Assembly: GCA_963996245.1 (NCBI GenBank)
Contig: CAXEIY010000203.1
Coordinates: 174 to 64,173 of the forward strand
Source: an uncultured Planctomycetia bacterium
Lineage (GTDB): Bacteria > Planctomycetota > Planctomycetia > CAXEIY01
Length of the DNA: 64,000 bases
Direction: 5' to 3'
Below the pieces are notes generated by a model. That model was not told where the DNA came from and made no database searches. It was given only the letters and a program-made list of their open reading frames with translations. The position numbers were made by a program, and so were the translations under genes. Below are positions 48,345 through 57,695 of the stretch, in pieces. Position 1 is the stretch's first letter; every line of letters begins with the position of its first letter.

Positions 48345-49145
48345 GTGAACTACCTTCGACCCCACACCTATCTGTTGCTGCTGTCTCTGACATTTCATAT
48401 CGGTTGTGATTACGCTCAGTATAACGCACGCCTTGACCGTGCAACCAAAGTACTCGAGTACGACGAGCGAAAACGTCAGGCATTGGGAGAACTATGGACG
48501 GACGAAGATCTCATCGACGATGAAGGGACATTGGTACGTGCAGGAAGCCAGGTTCGTTATCAGATACCCAAACCGCTGGACACACGGTTAACCGATCAAT
48601 GGGGGATCCTCCCCTCGTATTTACCCGCTGAAGCCATTCGCGCGGTTTACGGTAGTCAACCGATAGGAGAATCAGAAACAAGGGAGATCCTCTGTTTCAT
48701 CGCCGTAACCAAGAGTTCTTCGCAGGATGATCCAATTACCCAAAAGATGACAGAGGACAACACGGAAACCGAAACCCATTCGCTCCACCAACAAGCCAGA
48801 GAACTCTGGCAGGAACACTTTCCAGAAACAGAAGCGCTTGAACTGACCCGACCTCAGGACCTTGATTTTGGACCTCAGCGAAAATTTGAAGTTCTGGTGC
48901 GAGAGGCCTCGTTACCGGATGGGTCTACAGGAATGGAAGATCCCATGATTCGGTGCTATCTTTATCCAGCTGCCGATGGACCATCTGAAAGCAATCAAAT
49001 TGCGGTCTATTTCGAAATACGGGATTCCATTGACCCCGAAACGGTGATCGAAACCGTACTGGATAACATTGAATTCAGTCTTGAAACTATCGCCGAAGGT
49101 CCTATCCTCACCACCCCATCCGAAGGCGGAGTGCAGACCTTTTGA
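48345..49145 (+). CDS. Hypothetical lipoprotein
   Basis: GTG start. MNYLRPHTYLLLLSLTFHIGC is lipobox-like. No family recognised. Confidence 0.55.
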   Translation: MNYLRPHTYLLLLSLTFHIGCDYAQYNARLDRATKVLEYDERKRQALGELWTDEDLIDDEGTLVRAGSQVRYQIPKPLDTRLTDQWGILPSYLPAEAIRAVYGSQPIGESETREILCFIAVTKSSSQDDPITQKMTEDNTETETHSLHQQARELWQEHFPETEALELTRPQDLDFGPQRKFEVLVREASLPDGSTGMEDPMIRCYLYPAADGPSESNQIAVYFEIRDSIDPETVIETVLDNIEFSLETIAEGPILTTPSEGGVQTF

Positions 49146-49190
49146 CAGCAAAGACCTACCGGTGTCTGAAAGTTACTTAGGCAAGTCCCG

Positions 49191-49547
49191 TTACTCCCAG
49201 AATTTCTCTCCATAGAGGTTGGCACCGGGAGATGTTTCCACTTCGATGTCACCATTGACTGATATTTGACAAGACAGACGCAACTGCTCCTCATCCGCAG
49301 GATACATCATCTTGATCATCGGGGAACTCAGACGTATTTTTTCGTACCAAGACATCGGGGTGACATTTTCCATACCCTTGGTAACACGAACGCGGCAACT
49401 CGCGCACAACCCGAATCCCTGACAATTGAGAAGTTTATGTACACCCTCATAAACAGAAACCCCTTGTTCCCGTGCTGCTTCGCGAAGGTTCTTTCCTTCG
49501 GGAACCTCCATTTCCTTTTTTTCTTTAATAAAACGGATCTTCGGCAT
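49191..49547 (-). CDS. 2Fe-2S ferredoxin-like protein
   Basis: IRFIKEKKEMEVPEGKNLREAA...NCQGFGLCASCRVRV...LSCQ shows the cysteine pattern of a [2Fe-2S] ferredoxin-fold domain. Confidence 0.7.
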   Translation of the reverse strand: MPKIRFIKEKKEMEVPEGKNLREAAREQGVSVYEGVHKLLNCQGFGLCASCRVRVTKGMENVTPMSWYEKIRLSSPMIKMMYPADEEQLRLSCQISVNGDIEVETSPGANLYGEKFWE

Positions 49548-49706
49548 AATTTCAATTACTCACTACCCGGAACGCTTTGGACGGAGTCACGCAACTTGCT
49601 TGAAGTATACCCCGATTTTGAAACACCCACAATGTTCGGCTGGTGTTTCACTCTTTGTGATTATCCATATTCTTGATTACAAAACCGTAAAGAAAGGAAT
49701 CCTTCT

Positions 49707-51233
49707 ATGAAGATTGAGGTCGATTCACGGGCGCTCTCCGAAATGAGCGGGGACTGGCTTGTCATAGGACTGGATGAACGAACCATACTCGGAGAACCAG
49801 TCACATTGCTAGATCGTGAACTTCAGGGACTGTTACAGAGGTTAATTGATAACCAGGACTTTACAGGCAAAACCGGTGAACTGGTCACAATTCCCGGAAT
49901 TACGGGACTGGACATTTCTAGAATTGCACTGCTCGGGTTAGGTGATCCCGAAAAAATCAGCCCTCAGAACCTGCTGCGATGCCTCGTGCATTCCCTACGG
50001 AAGATTACAGACAAAGCTGTGCAACGCCTGGTTTTTCACCCTTGGGACATGGTGGCCAATAGCTCACTTAATCCGCGTCGTGCAGCACAGATCATAAGTC
50101 AGGGAGCCGTTATGAGCGGCATCGGACAAGGGCTCTACCAAACAACTCAAAAACGTTTTGAAATCGGTGAACTCGTACTGACAATTTCACCAGATTCTGA
50201 CAGTCAGGATCTCAAAAAAGCTTTGCTGGAAGGTGAAATTATCGGTCGAGGAATCAATATCGCCCGTACTCTCATTAATGAGCCCGCTTCCCGTATTTTT
50301 CCCGAAAGTTTTGCTGAAATTGCTACTTCTATCGCACAGGAACACAACCTGCACTGTCATGTTCTCGATGAATCTGAACTGCGCAAGGAGAAAATGGAGG
50401 CCGTGCTAGCTGTAGGATGCAGTTCTGATCAACCACCCCGTATGGTGCTCCTGGAACATAATCCTAACCGTGACCAGAGTCCACCTCTGGTTCTTGTCGG
50501 AAAAGGAGTCACTTTTGATAGTGGTGGTTTGTCCTTAAAAACAGCCGAAGGTATGCAAACCATGAAGTGCGATATGTCAGGTGCCGCAACGGTACTCGGA
50601 GCTATGCAGGCGATTGCCGAATTGAATCTGCCGGTTCGTGTAATTGGTCTCATGGGACTGGCAGAGAATATGCCCAGTTCTAAAGCTATGAAAGTAGGTG
50701 ATGTAATCCGTGCCCGTAACGGTGTTACCATTGAGGTACTCAATACCGACGCCGAAGGACGGCTGATACTGGCGGATGCACTCAGTTACGCTGTTGATCT
50801 GGGCGCTTCTCATATTGTTGATCTAGCGACGCTTACTGGCGCTTGTGTCGTCGCTCTTGGAAACGACGTTACGGGAGTTATGTCAAACAACCAGTCCTGG
50901 GCGGATCAGGTGATTCGCGCAGCTGGAGAATCTGGTGAACCGGTCTGGCAGCTTCCACTTTTTGAGGAATATTATGAATTGATACGCAGTCAGGTAGCCG
51001 ATATCAAGAATATAGGTGGCCGTGCAGGAGGCGCCATCACTGCAGGCAAGTTTCTGGAACAGTTTGTCGGAACGACCCCTTGGGTGCATCTCGACATAGC
51101 CGGACCCGCATTTGCTGAAAATAGTACTGTCTGGGGAGAAAGCGGAGCAACCGGATGCATGGTGGCAACTCTTGTTTCCCTTTCGTCTCATTTTACCCAT
51201 ATTAACAAGGAAGTTGCTCCCAGCATGGAATAA
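49707..51233 (+). CDS. pepA: Leucyl aminopeptidase (M17)
   Basis: VGKGVTFDSGGLSLK, MKCDMSGAA and NTDAEGRLILADAL are the M17 signature. Confidence 0.95.
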   Translation: MKIEVDSRALSEMSGDWLVIGLDERTILGEPVTLLDRELQGLLQRLIDNQDFTGKTGELVTIPGITGLDISRIALLGLGDPEKISPQNLLRCLVHSLRKITDKAVQRLVFHPWDMVANSSLNPRRAAQIISQGAVMSGIGQGLYQTTQKRFEIGELVLTISPDSDSQDLKKALLEGEIIGRGINIARTLINEPASRIFPESFAEIATSIAQEHNLHCHVLDESELRKEKMEAVLAVGCSSDQPPRMVLLEHNPNRDQSPPLVLVGKGVTFDSGGLSLKTAEGMQTMKCDMSGAATVLGAMQAIAELNLPVRVIGLMGLAENMPSSKAMKVGDVIRARNGVTIEVLNTDAEGRLILADALSYAVDLGASHIVDLATLTGACVVALGNDVTGVMSNNQSWADQVIRAAGESGEPVWQLPLFEEYYELIRSQVADIKNIGGRAGGAITAGKFLEQFVGTTPWVHLDIAGPAFAENSTVWGESGATGCMVATLVSLSSHFTHINKEVAPSME

Positions 51234-51398
51234 ACTTGACACAAAAACCAGCTACTTTACGATAGCACATTGGTCAATTACGTTGCGGAGATAATCCATC
51301 CAAGGAACCCTCCTTGACGATTGCGAGGGTTATCTCAGTTAAGGTTAACCAGGTGAAGTAAACTCCCATCTGTATTGGTGTTTCGACGAGGTAGAGAA

Positions 51399-51755
51399 AT
51401 GTCCACAGCAAGTCAATTTGTTGAAGTCGCCCAAAAAGGCGATGTGACCATCGTACGATTTTTAGAGAGTAAGATTCTAGACGAATCGAACATTGCTCAG
51501 ATCGGTGATCGACTCTTTCGCCTGGTCGATAACGATGGATGCCGCAAGCTGGTACTTAACTTCGATAAAGTGGAATATCTTTCCAGTGCAGCTCTAGGTA
51601 AGTTGATCACCCTTGATAAAAAGGTCAAAGCGCAAGCCGGCCGCATGAAATTATGCCATATTAAAGAAGGCATTTATGAGGTCTTTAAAATCACTCGATT
51701 GAACAAGGTGTTTGACATTCAGGATGACGAACAAGGTTCTGTTGATGGATTCTAG
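51399..51755 (+). CDS. STAS-domain anti-sigma-factor antagonist (SpoIIAA/RsbV-like)
   Basis: VTIVRFLESKILDESNIAQIGDRL...LVLNFDKVEYLSSAALGKLITL carries a phosphorylatable Ser in a DxxxxxSS context. Confidence 0.85.
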   Translation: MSTASQFVEVAQKGDVTIVRFLESKILDESNIAQIGDRLFRLVDNDGCRKLVLNFDKVEYLSSAALGKLITLDKKVKAQAGRMKLCHIKEGIYEVFKITRLNKVFDIQDDEQGSVDGF

Positions 51756-51822
51756 GTCCTTCTGAAATCGCCACATCTTTTGGCTTAATTTTTCTATCTA
51801 CCTGACCGTGGGTCTAACCTAG

Positions 51823-51849
51823 TTGACTGTTGGTTCTGCATGGTATAAT
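51823..51849 (+). promoter_or_regulatory. Promoter-like element between the STAS and kinase genes
   Basis: TTGACT (51823-51828), a 15-nt spacer, then TGgTATAAT (extended -10, TATAAT at 51844-51849). The spacer is one nt shorter than usual. Confidence 0.35.
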
Positions 51850-51961
51850 GACACTATTAGGAGATGGTGTTGATCCTCCCACGGGAAGCTGTTGCCGCGT
51901 GATGTATCCCAAAATGCCAGCAGAAAATTTGTATTAGCCTTTTTCCAAAGTGAATCGTTCT

Positions 51962-52384
51962 ATGTCAGAATTGAGTAAGGAAGCTGTAATCCCTAGCGAC
52001 ACCTCCGAAGGACAGCGTGTTCAACAGGAAATTCTCGATTCGCTGGAATCTGCTAATTCAGACCAAAGCGTTGTTTTCGGGATTCATTTGGCACTCGAGG
52101 AAGCTCTTGTCAACGCCATTAAACACGGAAACCGGTTGGATCGATCCAAAACAGTTCGTGTTGAGTGGCACATCAACAATGATGAATTTCGAGTTGAGAT
52201 TGAAGATCAGGGAGATGGTTTTCAAATGGAAGAGGTACCCGATCCAACGGCTGAAGAAAACCTCGACCGCCCATGCGGACGTGGACTTATGTTAATGCGT
52301 TCTTTTATGACCTCGGTCGACTACAACGAAAAGGGAAATCGGGTAATCATGACCAAGGAATTTGCCGCTGCTGAGGCAGAGTAA
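51962..52384 (+). CDS. Anti-sigma regulatory factor, serine protein kinase (RsbW/SpoIIAB-like HATPase_c)
   Basis: N-box LEEALVNAIKHGN, G1 box IEDQGDGF and G2 box GRGLMLMRSFM. Confidence 0.85.
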   Translation: MSELSKEAVIPSDTSEGQRVQQEILDSLESANSDQSVVFGIHLALEEALVNAIKHGNRLDRSKTVRVEWHINNDEFRVEIEDQGDGFQMEEVPDPTAEENLDRPCGRGLMLMRSFMTSVDYNEKGNRVIMTKEFAAAEAE

Positions 52385-52559
52385 GACCGCCCGGTTGAAT
52401 CACGTCAGTCCATCGTGTGCAAGAGAAGTTCGTTTCCGATGACGACGCTGGCTAAGCGAATCGGTGACAAACGGGGATGTCGGCAGGGCCCCTTTGTAAA
52501 GTCCACAACACTAACTAAGTGATTCAATCCGTATGGTGTGCCGCCCCGAAATCGCACGA

Positions 52560-52594
52560 TTGGCCGACAACCCTGTCGCCGGCCAATGCTTTTT
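52560..52594 (+). terminator. Candidate Rho-independent terminator about 180 nt downstream of the kinase gene
   Basis: TTGGCCGAC-AACCCT-GTCG(CC)GGCCAA, a stem with a small bulge, followed by TGCTTTTT. Confidence 0.4.
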
Positions 52595-52670
52595 GGTATA
52601 GAGACACTCTCTTTACCATAAAATTCTACTTCCCTGACCATTGATCCGCTGTTCTGGAGTGATGTATTCC

Positions 52671-53708
52671 ATGGCACGTATTTTAGTAACTGGTGCAACA
52701 GGACTTGTAGGGCGTCATGTTGTTCAACGGGGGCTCAGTCTCGGACACGATATTCGCGCACTCGTACGCACAACAAGTGATCTTTCTGCCGTCGATGTTG
52801 ACCAGCTGGAGATTGTTCAAGGAGACCTTACCGACCGCTCCTCATTGCAGTCGAGTTTGGATAATGTCAACTGGGTCGTACATTGTGCTGCCAAGGTAGG
52901 AGACTGGGGTCCACTTGAAGCATATCGCACGATCAATGTCGATGCGTTACAAACCCTTCTTCACATTGCTCATTCGAGCAATATACAACGATTCGTACAC
53001 ATCAGTTCACTTGGTGTTTACGAAATGCGCGACCACCACGGGACAGATGAGACCGTAGCGCCTAACGTCTCAGGCATGGATGCCTACACGCAAACCAAAG
53101 GCGAAGGGGAACAGCTTGTTATGGAACAGTCTCGCAAAACGGGACTTCCCATTGTTGTTCTGCGTCCGGGATTCATCTATGGTCCAGGAGATCGAACGGT
53201 TCTTCCGCGTGTGCTTGAAAAGCTCCAAACCAAACAGCTTACCCTCTTTGGTTCCGGTGAACAGCTCATGAATAACACCTATGTGGGTAATCTTGTTGAT
53301 GCTATATTTCTGTCTCTTGAACATCCGAATGCAATCGGAGAGGTATTCAACGTAACGGACAACACACTGGTATCAAAACGAGTTTTTTTCAACACGATCG
53401 CTGATATGGCCGGCCTTCCAAGAGTAACCAAGCATCTACCTTTACCTGTCGCTCGAATATTAGCTGGTTTAATGGAGTCGTTATTTAAGCTCTTAAAGAA
53501 AGAAGAAGCGCCCATTCTTTCGAAGGCACGATTTAAATTTCTCGGACTCAATCTGGCGTTTTCCATAGAAAAAATTAGAAACACTTTAGGCTATCAGCCT
53601 TCCTGGAGTTTCGAAGAAGGGATGCGACAATCCATCGACTCTTTTCAGAATTATGGCAATGATACCTCTGCCTCCCAAAAGGACGGTACAACAGCACATA
53701 GTGCTTAG
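52671..53708 (+). CDS. NAD-dependent epimerase/dehydratase family protein (extended SDR)
   Basis: MARILVTGATGLVGRHVV and YTQTKGEGE (YxxxK). Confidence 0.9.
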   Translation: MARILVTGATGLVGRHVVQRGLSLGHDIRALVRTTSDLSAVDVDQLEIVQGDLTDRSSLQSSLDNVNWVVHCAAKVGDWGPLEAYRTINVDALQTLLHIAHSSNIQRFVHISSLGVYEMRDHHGTDETVAPNVSGMDAYTQTKGEGEQLVMEQSRKTGLPIVVLRPGFIYGPGDRTVLPRVLEKLQTKQLTLFGSGEQLMNNTYVGNLVDAIFLSLEHPNAIGEVFNVTDNTLVSKRVFFNTIADMAGLPRVTKHLPLPVARILAGLMESLFKLLKKEEAPILSKARFKFLGLNLAFSIEKIRNTLGYQPSWSFEEGMRQSIDSFQNYGNDTSASQKDGTTAHSA

Positions 53709-53839
53709 CAGGCCATGACGGCGTTAGAGACCGCTCTCTAAGTTAAGGGTCCGACAGAATCTCACATGGTTCACTTCGCTGCCAATCGATAAACCTTGAA
53801 AAAACCTCCCTCGACAACCCTCTGCTCAACGGTTGCACA

Positions 53840-54679
53840 TCAAAATCCTTTTAACACACGGGCGTTGAAAACTGGCCCTTCAGTACAAACACGACGATAA
53901 TCCCAGCCACCCTGTTCATCCAAGACGGCTGTCACACAACTGAAACAGGCACCGAAACCGCAGGCCATAGGAGTCTCGAGTGAAAGTAAGCACGTAATCT
54001 GATGTTCCCGCGTTATACCCGCCAAGGCAGCCATCATAGGTTCCGGACCACATCCGATTACGAGATCCGGAGTATTCTTTTTCTGACTAATGATCTTCTC
54101 TGCAAGATTAGTGACACGTCCCTGATAACCCTCACTTCCATCCTCTGTTGCCAGTTGAATATTAACGCCAATCGATTCAAAGTCGTTGAGCCCTGCAAAT
54201 TGTTCTTTATTTCGCACACCATAACACAAGGTGCATGTTTCCGTCGGGATGCTCTCACGAATCGGATTTCCGTATTTTCCAATACCCAGATACTCTTTTG
54301 CCAATGCGAGAAAAGGAGTCTGTCCAATTCCACCTGCAACCATCATCAGGTGACTTGTTTTCCGAACTGGAAATCCATTACCCAAGGGCCCCCAAACATC
54401 AACAAACTGATCCTTCTGCAATGAAGCCATCAAGGAGGTCATTTTTCCAATAACCTGGTAAACGAGGTCGACAGCAATCGGATCGTCGTTCTCATCGTAA
54501 ACCACGTCATAAAGGGCAAATGCTCGACCCAGCAATGGGTCTGTCTGATGACCCGCACGCACCATGACAAACTGCCCAGGAACAATCGTCCTCGCCAGCT
54601 CACAGCCTGACAAACGAATCTGATAGATTTGGTCAGCGATTTGAAAATTGTCCAGAACACATGATCGAAATTGCTGCAT
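53840..54679 (-). CDS. PyrK-like FAD/NAD(P)-binding electron-transfer subunit with a C-terminal 2Fe-2S motif
   Basis: PGQFVMVR, RAFALYD, MVAGGIGQTPF and CGFGACFSC. ATG at 54679; an alternative TTG start lies at 54685. Confidence 0.8.
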   Translation of the reverse strand: MQQFRSCVLDNFQIADQIYQIRLSGCELARTIVPGQFVMVRAGHQTDPLLGRAFALYDVVYDENDDPIAVDLVYQVIGKMTSLMASLQKDQFVDVWGPLGNGFPVRKTSHLMMVAGGIGQTPFLALAKEYLGIGKYGNPIRESIPTETCTLCYGVRNKEQFAGLNDFESIGVNIQLATEDGSEGYQGRVTNLAEKIISQKKNTPDLVIGCGPEPMMAALAGITREHQITCLLSLETPMACGFGACFSCVTAVLDEQGGWDYRRVCTEGPVFNARVLKGF

Positions 54680-54756
54680 TGCCAAAACACCTCTCGTGCC
54701 ATGCTAATGATAGCCCCTGCCCTATCATGGTTTCACAACCGGTCCGTCGGAGCACC

Positions 54757-55503
54757 CTACGATTGCTTCCGATACGCAATCCGATGAATTCTTTTTATTT
54801 CCTCCTGTGTCAATTTCCGAGATTTTCCACTGGCAAGACCGGAAAGTTTCAGACCTGCAAAAGCGGTCCGTCGCAGATTCACAACCTGGTAATCGACACT
54901 GGCAAACATACGTCTGATTTCTCGATTCTTCCCTTCTGTCAAAACAATTTCCAACTCCGTAATGGAACCTCGAAAACGTTTAATCCGCATCCGATGAGGA
55001 TGCATTTTTCCATCACTTAACCAGACTCCTTTTCGGAGCTTATTGAGCATGGGTATTTCTATTCTGCCCCGTATCTGAACAAGATAGCTTTTCTCAACCA
55101 TGAATCTGGGATGAGTAAGTCGATGCGCAATAGCTCCATCATTCGTCAGAAGCATCAGTCCTTCACTGGTCTTATCCAGCCTGCCGATGGTATAAATTCT
55201 CTGTGGAACACGCGACAACAGGTCTATCACACGACGCCCTCTGTCCTCAACGCCATTAGTGCAAACGTACCCTTTCGGCTTGTTGAGCAGATAATAGACC
55301 TTTCGTTCGGACCGAATTTTTTGTCCATCAACACATATTGACTGACGATCCGGATCCACCCGGACTGCAAGATTCTGTACACACTCTCCATCAACCGTAA
55401 CTCGTCCCTGTAAGATCAATTCTTCCACACGCCGCCGTGAATCGATCCCGGAGTCAGCGAGGAATTTATTGAGTCTCGGTAAAGCGGGTTGCTGAACACT
55501 CAT
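54757..55503 (-). CDS. Pseudouridine synthase, RsuA/RluB family
   Basis: S4 domain RLNKFLADSGIDSRRRVEELILQGRVTVDG, and the catalytic motif GRLDKTSEGLMLLTNDG. Confidence 0.9.
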   Translation of the reverse strand: MSVQQPALPRLNKFLADSGIDSRRRVEELILQGRVTVDGECVQNLAVRVDPDRQSICVDGQKIRSERKVYYLLNKPKGYVCTNGVEDRGRRVIDLLSRVPQRIYTIGRLDKTSEGLMLLTNDGAIAHRLTHPRFMVEKSYLVQIRGRIEIPMLNKLRKGVWLSDGKMHPHRMRIKRFRGSITELEIVLTEGKNREIRRMFASVDYQVVNLRRTAFAGLKLSGLASGKSRKLTQEEIKRIHRIAYRKQS

Positions 55504-55512
55504 GACAATCGA

Positions 55513-55839
55513 TTACTGTAAGGGAGAATACGGTGTTGGCGTCAATAATTTGTTTTCCACCTGCGCCACTAATGGACCTTGTTTTTCACTCTCAGCACGT
55601 GCTTTTTGCCATTCGGGATCACTCTGAAAGGAAGCCCATTTTTCCATACGATCGTTGGCATCATCGTATGCCAGAAGGTACACGAGTTCAAAATTCTGTT
55701 TTCCGACAACCGTCTGCCAAAACCCGACGACCTCGATTCCGTGTTTTGCAAATAAGGCCATGGTGTGATTGGCAAAACGATCATTAATGTCTTTCAGGCG
55801 TCCTGGCATGATTGTGTAAATGCGTTCTTCATAAATCAT
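55513..55839 (-). CDS. NIPSNAP-family protein
   Basis: MIYEERIYTIMPGRLKDINDRFANHTMALFAKHGIEVVGFW...LLAYDDANDRMEKWASFQSDPEW. ggagg RBS. Confidence 0.8.
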   Translation of the reverse strand: MIYEERIYTIMPGRLKDINDRFANHTMALFAKHGIEVVGFWQTVVGKQNFELVYLLAYDDANDRMEKWASFQSDPEWQKARAESEKQGPLVAQVENKLLTPTPYSPLQ

Positions 55840-56030
55840 TTTTCCCCTCCATATATCTTGGGAGATTCCCGTCTTGCTACTGGATTTCCAGGCTATCACT
55901 CCGACATGGTTCATACCGCCCGTTTTACGGAACCCTGTCTTGCAGGCCAGGCGTCAAGAATCTATGCTCACATTTCAGAAGCCTTTCACGAGAGACTCCC
56001 CATTCCAAGAGAACGGCCAGGAACCACACG

Positions 56031-57329
56031 ATGTCAGTAAACTCTCGATCACGCGCTCTGGTGCGAGCCATAATAACAACCATCCTCTGTATTGGTTACC
56101 TTTGTTCTCCATACCAGAATAGCTTTGCTGAATCACGCATTGCCGAAAACATGACATCCAGCTTCTGGCCTCAATGGAGAGGCCCACAGCGCACCGGGAT
56201 TTCAACAGAAACCGGGTTGCTGCAACAGTGGCCCGAATCCGGTCCTCCATTACACTGGCAGATACCGGGAATTGGTGAAGGTTATTCGTCCGTTTCGATT
56301 GCAGACGGTCGTATCTTTACCATGGGAAACATCGGCTCTGATGAATATGTTTTTGCAATCGATCTCGTCACTGGCCAAATGCTTTGGCGTGCTCGAAACG
56401 GAAACGGATATACCAATGGCGCAGGAGACGGTCCCCGTAGTACACCCACGATCGACAAGGAGCGTGTTTACGTATTAGGAGCCAGAGGTGATCTTTCCTG
56501 TCTGCGTGTTCAGGATGGTTCGATGATTTGGACACGTAACATACTTAACGATTTCCAAGGAAGAAACATCTCCTGGGGAATCAGCGAATCCGTGTTAATT
56601 GACCATCATCGTCTTATTGTGACACCTGGCGGGAAGAATGCATCCATCGTAGCTGTGGATAAACAGACGGGTGAAACTCTGTGGCAAACAGCTGCTTTGA
56701 GTGACCGCCCTGGCTATGCCTCTCCGATTTCAGTTCAAGTCGATTCCGTCAGACAGTATGTCACATTCACCAGCCAGGGACTTGTTGGTGTAGCTGCCCA
56801 AGATGGTCGTTTCCTCTGGAGATACGATCGAGCTGCAAATGGAACAGCCAATGTTTCGACACCGATTTTTCATAACGGAAACGTATTTTCTTCTTCCGGA
56901 TACGGAACAGGTTGTGGACTCGTAAATCTTTCGGTTTCCGGAACCCGTATCAAAGCGGAAGAAATATATTTCAACCGCAACATGCAAAATCATCATGGTG
57001 ACGTCATCCTTTTCGAAGGGCACATCTACGGATTTTCCGGTTCCGTTTTGACTTGCCTGGAATTTCAAACCGGTTCGATTGCATGGCAACATCGCAGCGT
57101 AGGGAAAGGATCCCTTGTTTATGCCGATAGTCGCCTCTATTGCTTGAGTGAAAACGGAGTGATAGGCCTGGTGAATGCCACTCCGGATGGCTATCGAGAA
57201 ACAGGACGTTTCAGACTTCCCGAACGCAGTACATGGAATACGTGGGCGCATCCGGTTGTTGCTGGAGGTAAACTCTACATACGAGATAAGGACACGCTCT
57301 GGTGTTATGATGTCACCGACCATCCCTAA
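56031..57329 (+). CDS. Secreted PQQ-like beta-propeller repeat protein (second copy of this family)
   Basis: Signal-like N-terminus, FWPQWRGPQRTGIS, and propeller repeats ending LYIRDKDTLWCYD. Confidence 0.85.
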   Translation: MSVNSRSRALVRAIITTILCIGYLCSPYQNSFAESRIAENMTSSFWPQWRGPQRTGISTETGLLQQWPESGPPLHWQIPGIGEGYSSVSIADGRIFTMGNIGSDEYVFAIDLVTGQMLWRARNGNGYTNGAGDGPRSTPTIDKERVYVLGARGDLSCLRVQDGSMIWTRNILNDFQGRNISWGISESVLIDHHRLIVTPGGKNASIVAVDKQTGETLWQTAALSDRPGYASPISVQVDSVRQYVTFTSQGLVGVAAQDGRFLWRYDRAANGTANVSTPIFHNGNVFSSSGYGTGCGLVNLSVSGTRIKAEEIYFNRNMQNHHGDVILFEGHIYGFSGSVLTCLEFQTGSIAWQHRSVGKGSLVYADSRLYCLSENGVIGLVNATPDGYRETGRFRLPERSTWNTWAHPVVAGGKLYIRDKDTLWCYDVTDHP

Positions 57330-57428
57330 GTCGATTCCAATAATATCGAATCCTTCCAACCCTCACGCTGTTGATCGACAGCATTGACATTTATCAACTC
57401 CGCGCCCTATGATGCGCAAACGGCGTTC

Positions 57429-57518
57429 GGAGAGGTGGCTGAGTGGTCGAAAGCACCGGTTTGCTAAACCGGCGAAGGGGGATAACCCCTTCCGCGGGTT
57501 CAAATCCCGCCCTCTCCG
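57429..57518 (+). tRNA. tRNA-Ser (anticodon GCU)
   Basis: GGAGAGGTGGCTGAGTGGTCGAAAGCACCGGTTTGCTAAACCGGCGAAGGGGGATAACCCCTTCCGCGGGTTCAAATCCCGCCCTCTCCG. It has a long variable arm and anticodon loop TTGCTAA. CCA is not encoded. Confidence 0.9.
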
Positions 57519-57695
57519 CTTTGCGTATGGCACTTTGATGGAATCGAACAAGCGGCAAAACCATCACTCGGGGTCAAGAATGAATCAGGCGCCGGCACCA
57601 GCATATAAAGCGGAATCGGAGCACCATAACCCTCAGGCTCCATTGCAGCCTACACGACTGCTTTCTTTTGTCATTTCATAGATTCAGTGATGAAA

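Noticed and set aside
53724-53741. Palindrome TTAGAGA-CCGC-TCTCTAA between the convergent epimerase and PyrK-like genes, considered as a bidirectional terminator.
   Set aside because: The stem is AT-rich and only 7 bp, and no U-run follows on either strand. Too weak to call.
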